Origin: Ostrea edulis
Lineage: Eukaryota
Assembly: GCF_947568905.1 (NCBI RefSeq)
Contig: NC_079172.1
Span: 29,140,001-29,204,000 of the forward strand
Reading direction: 5' to 3'
DNA length: 64,000 bases
The notes beneath the pieces were generated by a model. That model made no database searches. It was not told the origin of the DNA and saw only the letters and a program-made list of their open reading frames with translations. Numbering within the stretch: position 1 is the first letter of the stretch; each line of letters starts with the position of its first letter. Position numbers and translations under genes: made by a program. Below, piece by piece: positions 39,601 through 46,239 of this stretch.

Positions 39601-41749
39601 TATTGAAAGTAGACATTAACGTCAAACTAACAACTCAGCTGTATGACAAACGGGATGATTTCAACTTCTCTGTCGTCAACTTCCCATATTTATGTAGCAA
39701 TATTCCATTATCACCTGCATATGTTGTTTATATATATCAACTGATTCAATATACAAGAGCTTTTTCTGCGTATAATCAGTTTTTAAATCGAGGTAAGCTA
39801 CTGCCAAACAAGTTGATGTCACAGGGTTTTCAACAGTCTCGATTGAAGTCAGCATTTCGCAAATTCTATGGTCGTTATAACGATCTAGTTCGTCAATACA
39901 ACCTCGCATTGGGTCAAATGCTGTCTGACGTGTTTCATACCGATTGTTAAGCCGTTCTTGGCACACTGATTTTGACTGCGGATAACTCCGTTTACCTGAT
40001 CAGGATATGGGGCTCACGGCGGGTGTGACTGGTCAACAGGGGATGCTTACTCCTCCTAGGCACCTGATCCCACCTCTGGTGTGTCCAGGGGTCCGTGTTT
40101 GCCCAACTATCTATTTTGTATTGCTTGTAGGAGTTATGAGATTGATCACTGTTCGTTATTTTCACCTTACATCTTACATAGAACATGCTCTCGCGTATTT
40201 AAGCAGTCGAGAGTCACATGTTTTTGCTACGTCATTTCTATACAGGTGTCCGTGTTTGCCCTTCTCTTAATTTTACATTCTTTATAAATATTGTTAGATT
40301 GCTCAATTTTCGTTATCTACATATATTTTGTCTATGTGTTTGTTTTGGGATGCAATCAATGATGGTTTTTGAGAAAGATGTGAATATTTCATACATCTCT
40401 CATTTAAGTTTTTTATCGAATTATTTCAGGGTTTTGAGAAACACGTGAAATTGGAACACTATCAATGGTCCTACCTTTTCTTCTTCATACACCTTACTGA
40501 AACACGTCCTAACGATTTCTCTGCCTTAGAGTTACTGGTCCATAATCAGCTGGAGAAGAATATTTACGATTTCTTTCCTCTGAATCGGGCCTTGAGTCTG
40601 CAGAACGAGGAGGATTCTAACGAACGAAAAGTGGAGATATTACGAATACAGGTGGATTACATGGTCAACAAGATGAAGGAGGAGGTAGGAATATATATTT
40701 GTACATTTGTTGTCTCCGTTAATAAATAACAAAAGTGGTGGCTAAACCGTAAAAAGATAAATCATTCAGTGGAAAGTGTAGATGGTAGTATTGGTAATTT
40801 GTATAGGCGTGAAAGAATTTAATTTAGACAGAAGAAGTATCTGGGAGAGGATCTACATAGGATATGCCTGTTGCCCAATCTTCTGAATTTATCAATAGAA
40901 TATTATTAAATTAAATTAGGTATTTCTAAAAAGTAAAAAGATTGATGCGATAAAACAATGCACCTGTGTGTTTATCTAAAAAAAAAAAAGCATGACTTTC
41001 AAAATATTAAGCGAGTAAATAGTGTATTGCTAACAAGGTCACGGTAATCTTTGCAATTATCGTGTCGTCATTTTGAATGAAGGTCACCTATGAAGTATAT
41101 GTATTTCCAACAAAGTCAAATTCCAGTGTCAAATGTAAAGTGAAAAACAACAAATCTGATATATGTGTTCCCGTGATTGTAATTAGTATTTACTTTTGTA
41201 TTTATTAATGCAGATAACGAGAAGTTTATTAAATCATTGTGTAATTATTTTTACACATGTTTATGTGAAACAAAATGAAGTTAACAAAAAAAAAAACGGG
41301 TCTTAGGTTCCCATGCTTAGCCATGTATTGCATGCACCTCTGGTGTGTCGAGGAGTTTGACCTTTTCTTTATTTTGTATTTTTTATTTAATTCATGAGAT
41401 GGAACAATTGTGCGTTATCTTTACTTCTTCATCTTGATACATTATAATTGAAATAGTGAATTATGCAATTTATTGAATTGTTACAAATTCATTTATATTA
41501 CAAGGTAAAACATCATAGTCAAAATCGAAAGAAAGTTAAGATTATACAGTATGGTTGTTTCGTGAAATCAAATCAATGCCAATGGAAACTTTATGTTCAT
41601 ATAGTTCTCTAACACCAATGCATTATTTTTTTTATTTCTAGGAAGCCGAAAAGGAACGTCAGAAAGAGAAGCAAAGACAGTTGGCTTGGGAAGCGGAACA
41701 TAAAGCCCACGCTACCACTAACGTGACAAAAGTGACCAATCATAAGTAG
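28..41749 (+). CDS. ITPR: Inositol 1,4,5-trisphosphate receptor-like Ca2+-release channel family gene, 5'-partial, 48 coding exons in window (divergent paralog)
   Basis: All exons listed below have AG/GT ends and consecutive phases that join into one open frame ending at TAG 41747-41749. The peptide matches IP3R landmarks: CLSDERLPDKLRSKYC (cf. CMSDENLPYDLRASFC), MLATCTEGENRHIE (cf. LLAVCTEGKNVYTE), NYIREQFDNIKSVNLVAET (RIH-associated), AVTTNGKSLL (cf. SVTRNGRSII), LNIIFGIIVDTFSQLRD (TM6) and CFIC...HVKLEH (zinc finger). Confidence 0.93.
1077..1209 (+). CDS. ITPR-like exon 2
   Basis: aag|GGT...A|gtgagt; GQNDFSIKII...CLSDERLPDKLRSKYCDLII. Confidence 0.9.
1547..1873 (-). mobile_element. Penelope-like (Naiad-type) 3' fragment
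   Basis: reverse complement of the 3' end of the 13214-14258 copy. Confidence 0.8.
2082..2167 (+). CDS. ITPR-like exon 3
   Basis: phase 1 to 0; MFVDIGDNRSVVDRVKLSYIYDDIDSVE|gtaag. Confidence 0.88.
2842..2973 (+). CDS. ITPR-like exon 4
   Basis: DHVDNTQSK...GNNLLVKQ|gtaagc. Confidence 0.88.
3178..3307 (+). CDS. ITPR-like exon 5
   Basis: VLRLVDCLVSFGFYYKPEDIERLLEPLMMLIDG (cf. LIYFGFY...LLAILD). Confidence 0.88.
3300..4248. repeat. 36-bp minisatellite, about 25 copies
   Basis: unit ACAGGTAAATAAAGGTAACACATCACTTTGCTGTAG. Confidence 0.95.
4301..4828 (+). mobile_element. Helentron-type non-autonomous element (HINE/DINE-1/Pearl-like)
   Basis: T-run; subterminal IR ATGCCCCCGA (4307) / TCGGGGGCAT (4794); CTGT-rich microsatellite; 146-bp core repeated about 2.7 times; 3' hairpin TGTGTTT-CAC-AAACACA; ends TT. 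Confidence 0.75.
4928..5021 (+). CDS. ITPR-like exon 6
   Basis: phase 1 to 2; KDTDEVLRVY...IVEAKC|gtaagt. Confidence 0.87.
5113..5167 (+). CDS. ITPR-like exon 7
   Basis: ALDTLDLFFNYIFNLRME; phase 2 to 0. Confidence 0.87.
5285..5397 (+). CDS. ITPR-like exon 8
   Basis: KFMSMFKVTH...DLFSHH|gtaagt. Confidence 0.87.
5531..5618 (+). CDS. ITPR-like exon 9
   Basis: VCKSSLKKLRDIFEH...VEILK|gtaata; phase 2 to 0. Confidence 0.85.
5672..5845. other. Assembly gap (174 N)
   Basis: run of N. Confidence 1.
5905..6012 (+). CDS. ITPR-like exon 10
   Basis: DLSYYHYDEIIRMSMHLLNRYFSAHHQLFTNIVQAQ (cf. [20 protein letters not shown]). Confidence 0.9.
6250..6386 (+). CDS. ITPR-like exon 11
   Basis: VLITDQSVAV...ILDELI; phase 0 to 2. 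Confidence 0.88.
6616..6683 (+). CDS. ITPR-like exon 12
   Basis: MCHLEKEPAESHGMNQSILYNQ G|gtatgt. Confidence 0.87.
6658..8263. repeat. Compound 39/31-bp minisatellite starting inside exon 12
   Basis: GAATCAGATCATTCTGTATAATCAGGGTATGTTTCTAGT and its 8-bp-deleted form; roughly 45 units. Confidence 0.95.
8575..8630 (+). CDS. ITPR-like exon 13
   Basis: VIEDMFTILQQDIDVRLL; phase 1 to 0. Confidence 0.85.
8825..8986 (+). CDS. ITPR-like exon 14 (RIH domain)
   Basis: DQYTGQRKVLQRAFILLKLMARGNKLVQSRLYDRLD...ECITE. Confidence 0.9.
9418..9656 (+). CDS. ITPR-like exon 15 (RIH domain)
   Basis: IFTGNSKTCMKIT...LKRNQSFVMQYF. Confidence 0.9.
9880..10455 (+). mobile_element. Degenerate Naiad-type PLE fragment
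   Basis: decayed match to the RT thumb and 3' tail. Confidence 0.65.
10705..10786 (+). CDS. ITPR-like exon 16
   Basis: LQILINPGDTKLQYLISMVDMLATCTE. Confidence 0.88.
11295..11492 (+). mobile_element. Naiad-type 3' fragment with internal deletion
   Basis: GTCAAATGCTGTCTGA...TTATCTTCATCTTTC. Confidence 0.7.
11528..11715 (+). CDS. ITPR-like exon 17
   Basis: GENRHIESICQTIF...PFLRFFLWVYLNT. Confidence 0.9.
12634..12747 (+). CDS. ITPR-like exon 18
   Basis: LMWVYLSDVTTILD...KSPPSK; phase 2 to 2. Confidence 0.87.
13114..13192 (+). CDS. ITPR-like exon 19
   Basis: DIRGNSEEETKGTLHYIFDGVMPFLQ|gtaagc. Confidence 0.87.
13214..14258 (+). mobile_element. 5'-truncated Penelope-like retroelement (Naiad-type), RT pseudogene
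   Basis: QQSVGIPMGTNCAPLLADLFL and RYIDD RT motifs; ORF ends ...FHTDC* with no C-terminal GIY-YIG; premature TAA at 13492; conserved 3' tail ending ATCTTCACCTT. Confidence 0.85.
14340..14426 (+). CDS. ITPR-like exon 20
   Basis: IFCRSFYQPD...KLANSFK. Confidence 0.85.
14771..14875 (+). CDS. ITPR-like exon 21
   Basis: KFMEVTAPLV...STLSVN; the donor could alternatively be at 14869 (also phase 0). Confidence 0.78.
15128..15199 (+). CDS. ITPR-like exon 22
   Basis: VMEEFQEKYGGLTGSHDIRSDARK. Confidence 0.83.
15297..15595 (+). mobile_element. Naiad-type 3' fragment
   Basis: match to the 3' end of the 13214 copy. Confidence 0.78.
15835..15964 (+). CDS. ITPR-like exon 23
   Basis: AYESYYETEEDINRQLNIF...GPNTVEAQIGYNSNA. 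Confidence 0.85.
16205..16534 (+). mobile_element. tRNA-derived SINE
   Basis: A box (GGTCAGTGG), B box (GTTCGAACT), conserved core, AAAC tail. Confidence 0.75.
16538..16730 (-). mobile_element. Naiad-type 3' fragment
   Basis: reverse-complement tail and structured core. Confidence 0.7.
16891..17029 (+). CDS. ITPR-like exon 24
   Basis: YSEIGGDEELPLGQEFQDHLRCF...KLVRQL. Confidence 0.88.
17112..17344. mobile_element. MITE, TA-flanked (Tc1/mariner-type ends)
   Basis: TIR TACCGTATAACGGGTTT / AAACCCGTTATACAGTA. Confidence 0.75.
17498..17650 (+). CDS. ITPR-like exon 25
   Basis: LDVKCLQLLRAMIYNE; donor gtaagt. Confidence 0.9.
17701..18096 (+). mobile_element. Non-LTR retrozyme-like unit (351-nt period)
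   Basis: 45-nt direct repeat ATGCGCATCTGGTGCATCAAAAT(G/T)GGTAC(C/T)GTATAAGTTTTACAT at 17701 and 18052; non-coding; carries the hammerhead. Confidence 0.75.
18019..18071 (+). ncRNA. Type I hammerhead ribozyme
   Basis: Helix I GCAUCA(18023-28)/UGGUGC(18061-66), extended by UUGA/UCAA; core CUGAAGA (18029-35); helix II GACA/UGUC with loop UUAUU; GAAA (18049-52); palindromic helix III AUGCGCAU; cleavage triplet AUC ending at 18060. Confidence 0.85.
18251..18407 (+). CDS. ITPR-like exon 26
   Basis: VQDAFNHFDVV...MLLYNGNANVQ. Confidence 0.9.
18666..18763 (+). CDS. ITPR-like exon 27
   Basis: GKLYEFFTGTREESFFFTLKARMQ. Confidence 0.9.
18961..19223 (-). mobile_element. SINE (core and tail, tRNA head missing)
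   Basis: (GATT)n tail; core GTGCCACACCTGTTGTGACACG shared with other SINEs in the window. Confidence 0.7.
19605..20324 (+). mobile_element. 5'-truncated Naiad-type PLE
   Basis: RYIDD to ...FHTDC* plus tail; nearly identical to the 13214 copy. Confidence 0.85.
20380..20660 (+). mobile_element. Degenerate Naiad-type 3' fragment in tandem with the previous copy
   Basis: same tail motifs. Confidence 0.65.
21146..21245 (+). CDS. ITPR-like exon 28
   Basis: RLLHAMYQAKVDEAVQQAKALQKAM; phase 2 to 0. Confidence 0.85.
21400..21489 (+). CDS. ITPR-like exon 29
   Basis: EILKATKIGSML...GSTLPM|gtgaga. Confidence 0.82.
21914..22578. mobile_element. MITE inserted into a minus-strand Naiad tail (21866-21910 + 22579-22690)
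   Basis: imperfect 31-bp TIRs (TACCTYCAYAYTYAYGGATTTTTCTTRCGAA); CCATAA on both sides; internal duplicate of the left end from about 22401. Confidence 0.7.
23001..23243 (+). CDS. ITPR-like exon 30
   Basis: 81 open codons, GSPRPPSRF...PPSIQIE; likely disordered. Confidence 0.83.
23436..23579 (+). CDS. ITPR-like exon 31 (RIH-associated)
   Basis: LLLRMLGLMCDNQHFELQ; tandem acceptor at 23436/23439. Confidence 0.88.
23683..23832 (+). CDS. ITPR-like exon 32 (RIH-associated)
   Basis: NYIREQFDNIKSVNLVAETTRFL...QLFDTLVEFSS. Confidence 0.92.
24005..24106 (+). CDS. ITPR-like exon 33
   Basis: GNKKNQSVIFENKVCDYINHIL. Confidence 0.9.
24225..24373 (+). mobile_element. Naiad-type 3' fragment
   Basis: structured core and tail. 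Confidence 0.72.
24379..25008 (-). mobile_element. 5'-truncated Naiad-type PLE with internal deletion
   Basis: ORF track 24765-24989 gives KDTTES...QLYDKRDDFSFSIVNFP. Confidence 0.82.
25523..25590. repeat. (CA)n(TA)n microsatellite
   Basis: direct reading. Confidence 0.97.
25777..25866 (+). CDS. ITPR-like exon 34
   Basis: EYILKKSIAVLIRSLTEE...DIMAK. Confidence 0.88.
25970..26014 (+). CDS. Candidate optional 45-nt cassette exon of the ITPR-like gene
   Basis: gtttag|AAA...CAG|gtaaga, phase 0-0, KVLNAEMPVAMSTSQ; not needed for homology. Confidence 0.5.
27406..27474 (+). CDS. ITPR-like exon 35
   Basis: EIMEYLDEDLCVNTMTEAYTIIM. Confidence 0.87.
27577..27603 (+). CDS. ITPR-like exon 36 (27 nt)
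   Basis: pyrimidine tract, ctatag|GAA...GAG|gtataa; EMSKSRSAE. Confidence 0.7.
28255..28366 (+). CDS. ITPR-like exon 37
   Basis: STGFAYFHILCREID (cf. VGHNIYILAHQL). Confidence 0.88.
28672..28790 (+). CDS. ITPR-like exon 38
   Basis: AWDYYAASSLSIEILKDDVLQKVYF. Confidence 0.9.
28797..29445 (+). repeat. About 280-bp tandem duplication of a CT-rich minisatellite fused to a Naiad 3' core
   Basis: TTCAGG(G/A)CTCGCGGCG at 28981 and 29261. Confidence 0.8.
30083..30252 (+). CDS. ITPR-like exon 39
   Basis: SNKIRDFMDWASDIIQDIKYQRKV. Confidence 0.9.
30408..30740 (+). mobile_element. tRNA-derived SINE
   Basis: TAGCTCAGTGG A box, GTTCAAACC B box, core, AAAC tail. Confidence 0.8.
31081..31312 (+). mobile_element. 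Degenerate SINE of the same family
   Basis: GGAGGTCCCGTGTCGCGGCAGG core. Confidence 0.65.
32027..32134 (+). CDS. ITPR-like exon 40 (TM1)
   Basis: YIALLLSFIISCVIMVTW. Confidence 0.88.
32220..32375 (+). CDS. ITPR-like exon 41 (TM2)
   Basis: GGGTHNFLSLCILITFLLSN. Confidence 0.88.
32420..32560 (+). mobile_element. Naiad-type 3' fragment
   Basis: GGGGATGCTTACTCCTCCTAG core. Confidence 0.7.
32850..32961 (+). CDS. ITPR-like exon 42
   Basis: SDNDSGDDDD...YTIYYF|gtaagt. Confidence 0.86.
33408..33531 (+). CDS. ITPR-like exon 43 (TM3-TM4)
   Basis: GYFFSFHLLHIVELNQLLKRVRQAVTTN. Confidence 0.92.
33915..34800 (+). mobile_element. Degenerate Helentron-type non-autonomous element
   Basis: TTAGGTGACCTGAGTCACTCAGG 5' hairpin followed by decayed core repeats. 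Confidence 0.5.
34806..35210 (-). mobile_element. Naiad-type fragment with an inverted tail at its 5' junction
   Basis: minus copy 34806-35180 plus plus-strand tail 35186-35210. Confidence 0.78.
35372..35550 (+). CDS. ITPR-like exon 44 (TM5, pore helix)
   Basis: KSLLMVALLGLAIFFCYSLVAFAFL...CRTVYQCFITMIHHGFVDSPYT. Confidence 0.92.
35737..35886 (+). CDS. ITPR-like exon 45 (TM6)
   Basis: IFDVTFFILITTIGLNIIFGIIVDTFSQLRDAK. Confidence 0.94.
36075..36330. repeat. Degenerate about 44-bp tandem repeat
   Basis: TATTATTGTGACATGGATCTAAAGTAGAAATGA-like units. Confidence 0.6.
36493..36570 (+). CDS. ITPR-like exon 46 (zinc-finger CxxC)
   Basis: WDIDKDMRNNCFICSRESYDFERHGG. Confidence 0.93.
36612..36671. 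repeat. (TA)n microsatellite
   Basis: direct reading. Confidence 0.97.
36760..37095 (-). mobile_element. tRNA-derived SINE
   Basis: reverse-complement tRNA head at 37030-37095, core, (GATT)n tail. Confidence 0.78.
37291..40160 (+). mobile_element. Longest Naiad-type PLE fragment, split by a nested insertion
   Basis: 37291-37712 encodes ELPYLYWIPKLHKNPSKQRYIAGSSKCSTKPLS...; 39158-40160 continues KNGKRKYSY...GIPMG...YIDD...FHTDC*; contains stops and frameshifts. Confidence 0.85.
37713..39157 (-). mobile_element. Helentron-type non-autonomous element nested in the PLE
   Basis: on the minus strand starts AGCTTTTCTGAGCCGAAGGCTCA (hairpin) and ends GGTCCATGGGTCTCTTGTT; internal tandem cores of about 120 bp; inserted in an A/T run. 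Confidence 0.75.
40430..40684 (+). CDS. ITPR-like exon 47
   Basis: GFEKHVKLEHYQWSYLFF...DFFPLNRALSL. Confidence 0.93.
41642..41749 (+). CDS. ITPR-like terminal exon 48
   Basis: EAEKERQKEKQRQLAW...NHK then TAG. Confidence 0.85.
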   Translation, partial: EAEKERQKEKQRQLAWEAEHKAHATTNVTKVTNHK

Positions 41750-41993
41750 TCTCAGACAATCCGGAAGAGCATTGATAAGAATCGAGGAGAAAAAACGTTA
41801 CTTAAAAACAGTTTAGAAAATAGACAAAAACAGAATATAGACAAGAAATGTAGGTTTCCAAGAAAACTCAGCGATGTGAAACAAAAGCAAAGCTCTCCAT
41901 TAATAGTCGACCTCCATTTATGATTTATTTATATTTCTTTGAAGATTGTCATTTCTTTATTATGGTTGATATTATTTTTATTTCGTTGACCTG

Positions 41994-41994
<1 letters not shown>

Positions 41995-42038
<44 letters not shown>
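41995..42038. repeat. (TA)n microsatellite
   Basis: direct reading. Confidence 0.97.
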
Positions 42039-42040
<2 letters not shown>

Positions 42041-42888
42041 AAGCACGGAAATAGCAATGAACTTTTAATTAAATGAACATAACTGCCCTAAGTGAAAAAA
42101 TGTTTAAAGCACAGAAAATATCACTTTATTTGGATACCCACTTCCGCCCCTACCTGGGGTTGAACTCACGACCTGCGGAACCAAATATCCTAGCAACATG
42201 TAACCAGCGCGCTAGACCGCTCGACCATATAGGCAAGTTTAAAAAAAAACTTGCTTTCGATGACGATGGAATTCTCGCCACGCTGTCACACGCTGCACGG
42301 TCATTGAGAATGGAAATGGGATACAGTTATTTAATGTACATTTAAGAGGATCATATTTCAAATGCAATGTGTATCATATATGATCCTCTTAAATGTACAT
42401 TAAATGTATCCCATTTCCATGTCGAGCGGTCTAGCGCACTGGCTACATGCTGCTACAAGATTTGGTTCCGCAGGTCGTGAGTTCAACCCCGGGTAGGGGC
42501 GGAAGTGGGTATCCAAATAAAGTGAAATTTTCTGTGCTTTATATTAAATATTTCTTCACTTAGGACAGTTATGTTCATTTAAGAGTTCATTGCTATTTCC
42601 GTGCTTTATATAAAATATTTCAAATACAATGTGTATCATATATGATCCTCTTAAATGTACGTTAAATAACTATCCCATTTCCATTCTTAATGACCGTGTA
42701 GCGTGTGACAGCGTGGCGAGAATTCCATCACCATCGAAAGCAAATTTTTAAGACTTGCCTAGATGGCTGAGCGGTCTAGCGCGCTGGTTACATGCTGCTA
42801 GGAGATTTGGTTCCGCAGGTCGTGAGTTCAACACCGGGTAGGTGTGGAAGTGGGTATCCAAATAAAGTGAAATTTTCTGTGCTTTATA
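42039..42888. mobile_element. Foldback-like element with three tRNA-like cassettes, flanked by (TA)n
   Basis: ends TAAAGCACGGAAA / TTTCTGTGCTTTA; long inverted arms around a spacer near 42357-42376; tRNA-like segments at 42148-42234 (-), 42421-42500 (+) and 42756-42844 (+). Confidence 0.65.
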
Positions 42889-44204
42889 TATATATATTCA
42901 CATTAAGTTGTTTTATTTTTGTTTCATTTTCGTTTTTCTGTAATAAAATCCATTAAAGTTTGTAAAATACTGTACTGTAGACAAATTTGCCACAACATTC
43001 TGGCGAGCACAGGAGTAATTTTTCATCTGCTAAATTGCGTCCCACATAGGTAATACTTTACGTCAGTTAAGTTTATGACGGACAAAATCAAAGTAAACAC
43101 CACCTGCATTGTTTTTGCGGTTTCTTACTCAAATTATCAGGGTACGTTTGAAGTTTCTATGTCTGGTGTTTCTTAGTAAGTGGTTTGATGCAAAGCGATA
43201 ACCGCATTAGGTTTTCTAAGGATAATTTTAAAATCATAGTCTCAATGAATATGCATGAAGGAGACATGTTACAACCATGGTGGTCCGCTTCACACACATT
43301 ACAGTGGTTGAGATGTGATCATAGTCAGACTATTGTCGTACCAACAATGTACATGTATGTACACTCTTTAACCCAGGCTTTTGATGACGGAATAGACATT
43401 TTTGACACAAAAGTTGGGTTCATTTGAGATGCCACATTTGATATACTAGTTTTTAATGAACAACATCAACAATTCCTCCCCCTATTTTTTTTCTTAACAT
43501 CTAATGATCATTTACCACCAATGTACATTAAGTCATAACAATGAATTCGCGAAAAACTGCTAATTCATGAATGTATTTATATTCAGCAAGATATTCTATC
43601 TATATGCGTCTATGTATCTCAATAGTCAATAATTTGAATATATTCCCTCTGAAAAATATTTAGTTGTCAATATTTCGAGAATTATTGAGCTTTGCAAATG
43701 TTCGCTTTAAATTTTCTGCAATATCATATAGTGATGTCAAGACGTCACAGACAATGGTATGCAGTTACATCACAATAAACGCATAGAAACTTGTTTCCAT
43801 TAGGAAGAAATAAAAAAAAAGTAACGAAGTTTACAAGACGCAAGCAAAACAATTGTTTAGATTTCTAAGCGGAGGCAGTAGTTCAGTAAGGAAAGGACTT
43901 GCATAATTACAGTTACCCTCAACCTCAGTCAACATTTGTTGAAACTTCTAGTCTAGAATAGTTTACCATACTACAGTGATATCCATTTGCAGTTTTTAAC
44001 GTTTCAGCCAATTCCAGAATTTAACATTTTCACCATTGCGGTTGTGCCGCTATTCCAGCCCGTGCAATTTTTAGAATCACCCTAGCCCAGATTCCTTTCA
44101 AACGTCAGCAACTTTTGGAGTATCTATTGTGACACACTGAAATGTACAATGTATTGAGGGAATGCTATAAACTGCATTGTATTCGCGAGAACATTTATGA
44201 ATAC

Positions 44205-45030
44205 TGAAAAGGTGAAAATAACGAACAGTGATCAATCTCATGAATCCCATAAAGAATAAAATTTAAGAGTTGGGCAAACGGAGAAACCTTGGACACACCA
44301 AAGGTGGGATCAGCTGCCTAGGAGGAGTAAGCATCCCCTGTCGACTGGTCACACCCGCTGTGAGCCTTATATCTTGTTTTGCTTATAGAAATTTCAACAG
44401 AAGACCTATCACTAAAGACTACGTAAACATTGCCAATTGGGAATGTCAGCATCTTTGTGATATCAACTTCAGTGTACTTAGATATTTTATTGAATATAGG
44501 TGTCAACGGAAAATAACTTATAACAAACGAGATGACTTTAGATACCCCTTCGTCATATTCATCTACATGTGGAGCAATATTCAATTGTTACCTGCATATG
44601 GTGTTTATGTCTCTGAGGTGATTCGATACGCCAGAGTGTGTTCTGCGTAAGATAATTATTTTAATCGAGAAAGGCAGCTGACAAATACGTTGATATTGCT
44701 TTGTTTCAGCAATCTCGTTTGAGGTCAATATTTCGCAAATTATTCCATAATGGTTGTTGTAGTGATCTGGTTTGTAAATGCAGGCTGTCACTGGGGCGAG
44801 TGCTGACTGAAAGACCGTTCTTTGCATGCTGATTTTGATTGTGGATTGCTCCGTTTGCCTGATTGGGATATAGGACGCACGGCGAGTGTGATCGGTCAGC
44901 AGGGGATTCTTGCTCCTCATAGACACCTAATCCTCAATTTGTTTATGAAGGGTCCATGTCTGTCCTTCCTTTCATTTTGTATATTTTGTGGGATTGAATT
45001 CACTTGCTCGACTTCACTTTTTCATTGTTC
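44205..45030. mobile_element. Degenerate Naiad insertion: inverted tail (44205-44365, -) then RT and tail (+)
   Basis: tail motifs on both strands; decayed YNKRDDF...PAYGVYVSEVIRYAR. Confidence 0.65.
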
Positions 45031-45064
45031 ACTACATCGTCTGTTCCTCTCTCCGTCCGACAAC

Positions 45065-45420
45065 TTTTAGTTTACCTGAGGTGACAGCTGATCACCTTTT
45101 TCGTCTTTCGTTTGACTTTCCTTCCGTCCATGTCTTTCCGTTCGTAAACTTTTAACATTTTCTTCTTTTCAAGAACCACAGGGCCAATTTCAAGCAAACA
45201 TGGCACTAATCATCCTTGAGAAAAGTTCCTTCAAATCAAGGACTATACTCTCTTCGAAGGCGAGGTAATCAAGAAAAAGCAAAATTAGGGTGATGTCATT
45301 TCTGAATATTCTTCTCAAGAACCACTGGGTCAAAAAAGTTAGAAATTACATGAAAACTCTCTCACACAGTGTAAATTGAAGTTTATTCAGTGGACCACAA
45401 TAAGGCAGCAAACTTTTACG
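45065..45420 (+). mobile_element. Helentron-type non-autonomous fragment
   Basis: TTTTAGTTTACCTGAG start, CGTC-like microsatellite, AAGAACCAC core. Confidence 0.55.
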
Positions 45421-45431
45421 TGTGGACGAAA

Positions 45432-46165
45432 GAATATAACGAACAGTGATCAACCTCATAACTTCTATAAAGAATACAAAATAGAGAGTTGGGCAAACAC
45501 GGACCCCTGGACACACCAGAGGTTGGATCAGGTACCTAGGAGGAGTAACCCTTGCCAACCGGTCACACCCGCCGTGAGCCCTATATCTTGATCAGGTAAA
45601 CGAAGTTATCCGTAGTCAAAATCAGTGTGACAAGAAAGACATAACAATCGGTATAAAACACGTCAGACAGCATTTGACCCAATGATAGGTTGTATTGGCA
45701 AACTAGATCGTTATAACGACGATAGAATTTGCGAAATGCTGACTTTAAACAAGATTGTTGAAACCTCTGCACCATCAACTTGTTTGTCAGTAGGCTGCCT
45801 CGATTTAAAAGCTGACCATACACAGAACAAGCTCTTGCGTATCGAATCAGTTGAGAAATATAAACACCATATGCAGGTGATATAGAATATTGTTATATAG
45901 ATATGGGAATACCGTTTATCATAGAGTTGAGTTGTTAGTTTCCCATTAATATCTATTTTCAATAAAATATCTAGGTATGAAGCAGAGGTGGACAACTCTG
46001 GTGTCTTTTATTTCAAGTTCACAGAGATATATCGAATCGACATATGAATGAAAGTTATTATTGTTAATAGATAAAACGTCGTCGATATATCTTTATGTCG
46101 AATTGAAGGCTACAGCAAGAGATTTGTTCTTCTCACGAAGAGGTTTTTGAATAAATTCTACTTCA
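45432..46165 (-). mobile_element. 5'-truncated Naiad-type PLE
   Basis: ORFs 45711-45995 and 45581-45823 give RT thumb peptides. Confidence 0.82.
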
Positions 46166-46239
46166 ATGAATGTACAAAAAGGTCAGCTAACACCATTCGT
46201 GCAATGTTGTTGCTTATAGAAATCTCAAGAGCAAAAGGA

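Noticed and set aside
42148-42844. Possible tRNA-Leu/Ser/Sec genes
   Set aside because: A and B boxes are present but acceptor and T stems do not pair and there is no clean anticodon arm; treated as tRNA-derived repeat parts. The SINE heads at 16205, 30408 and 37030 were rejected likewise.
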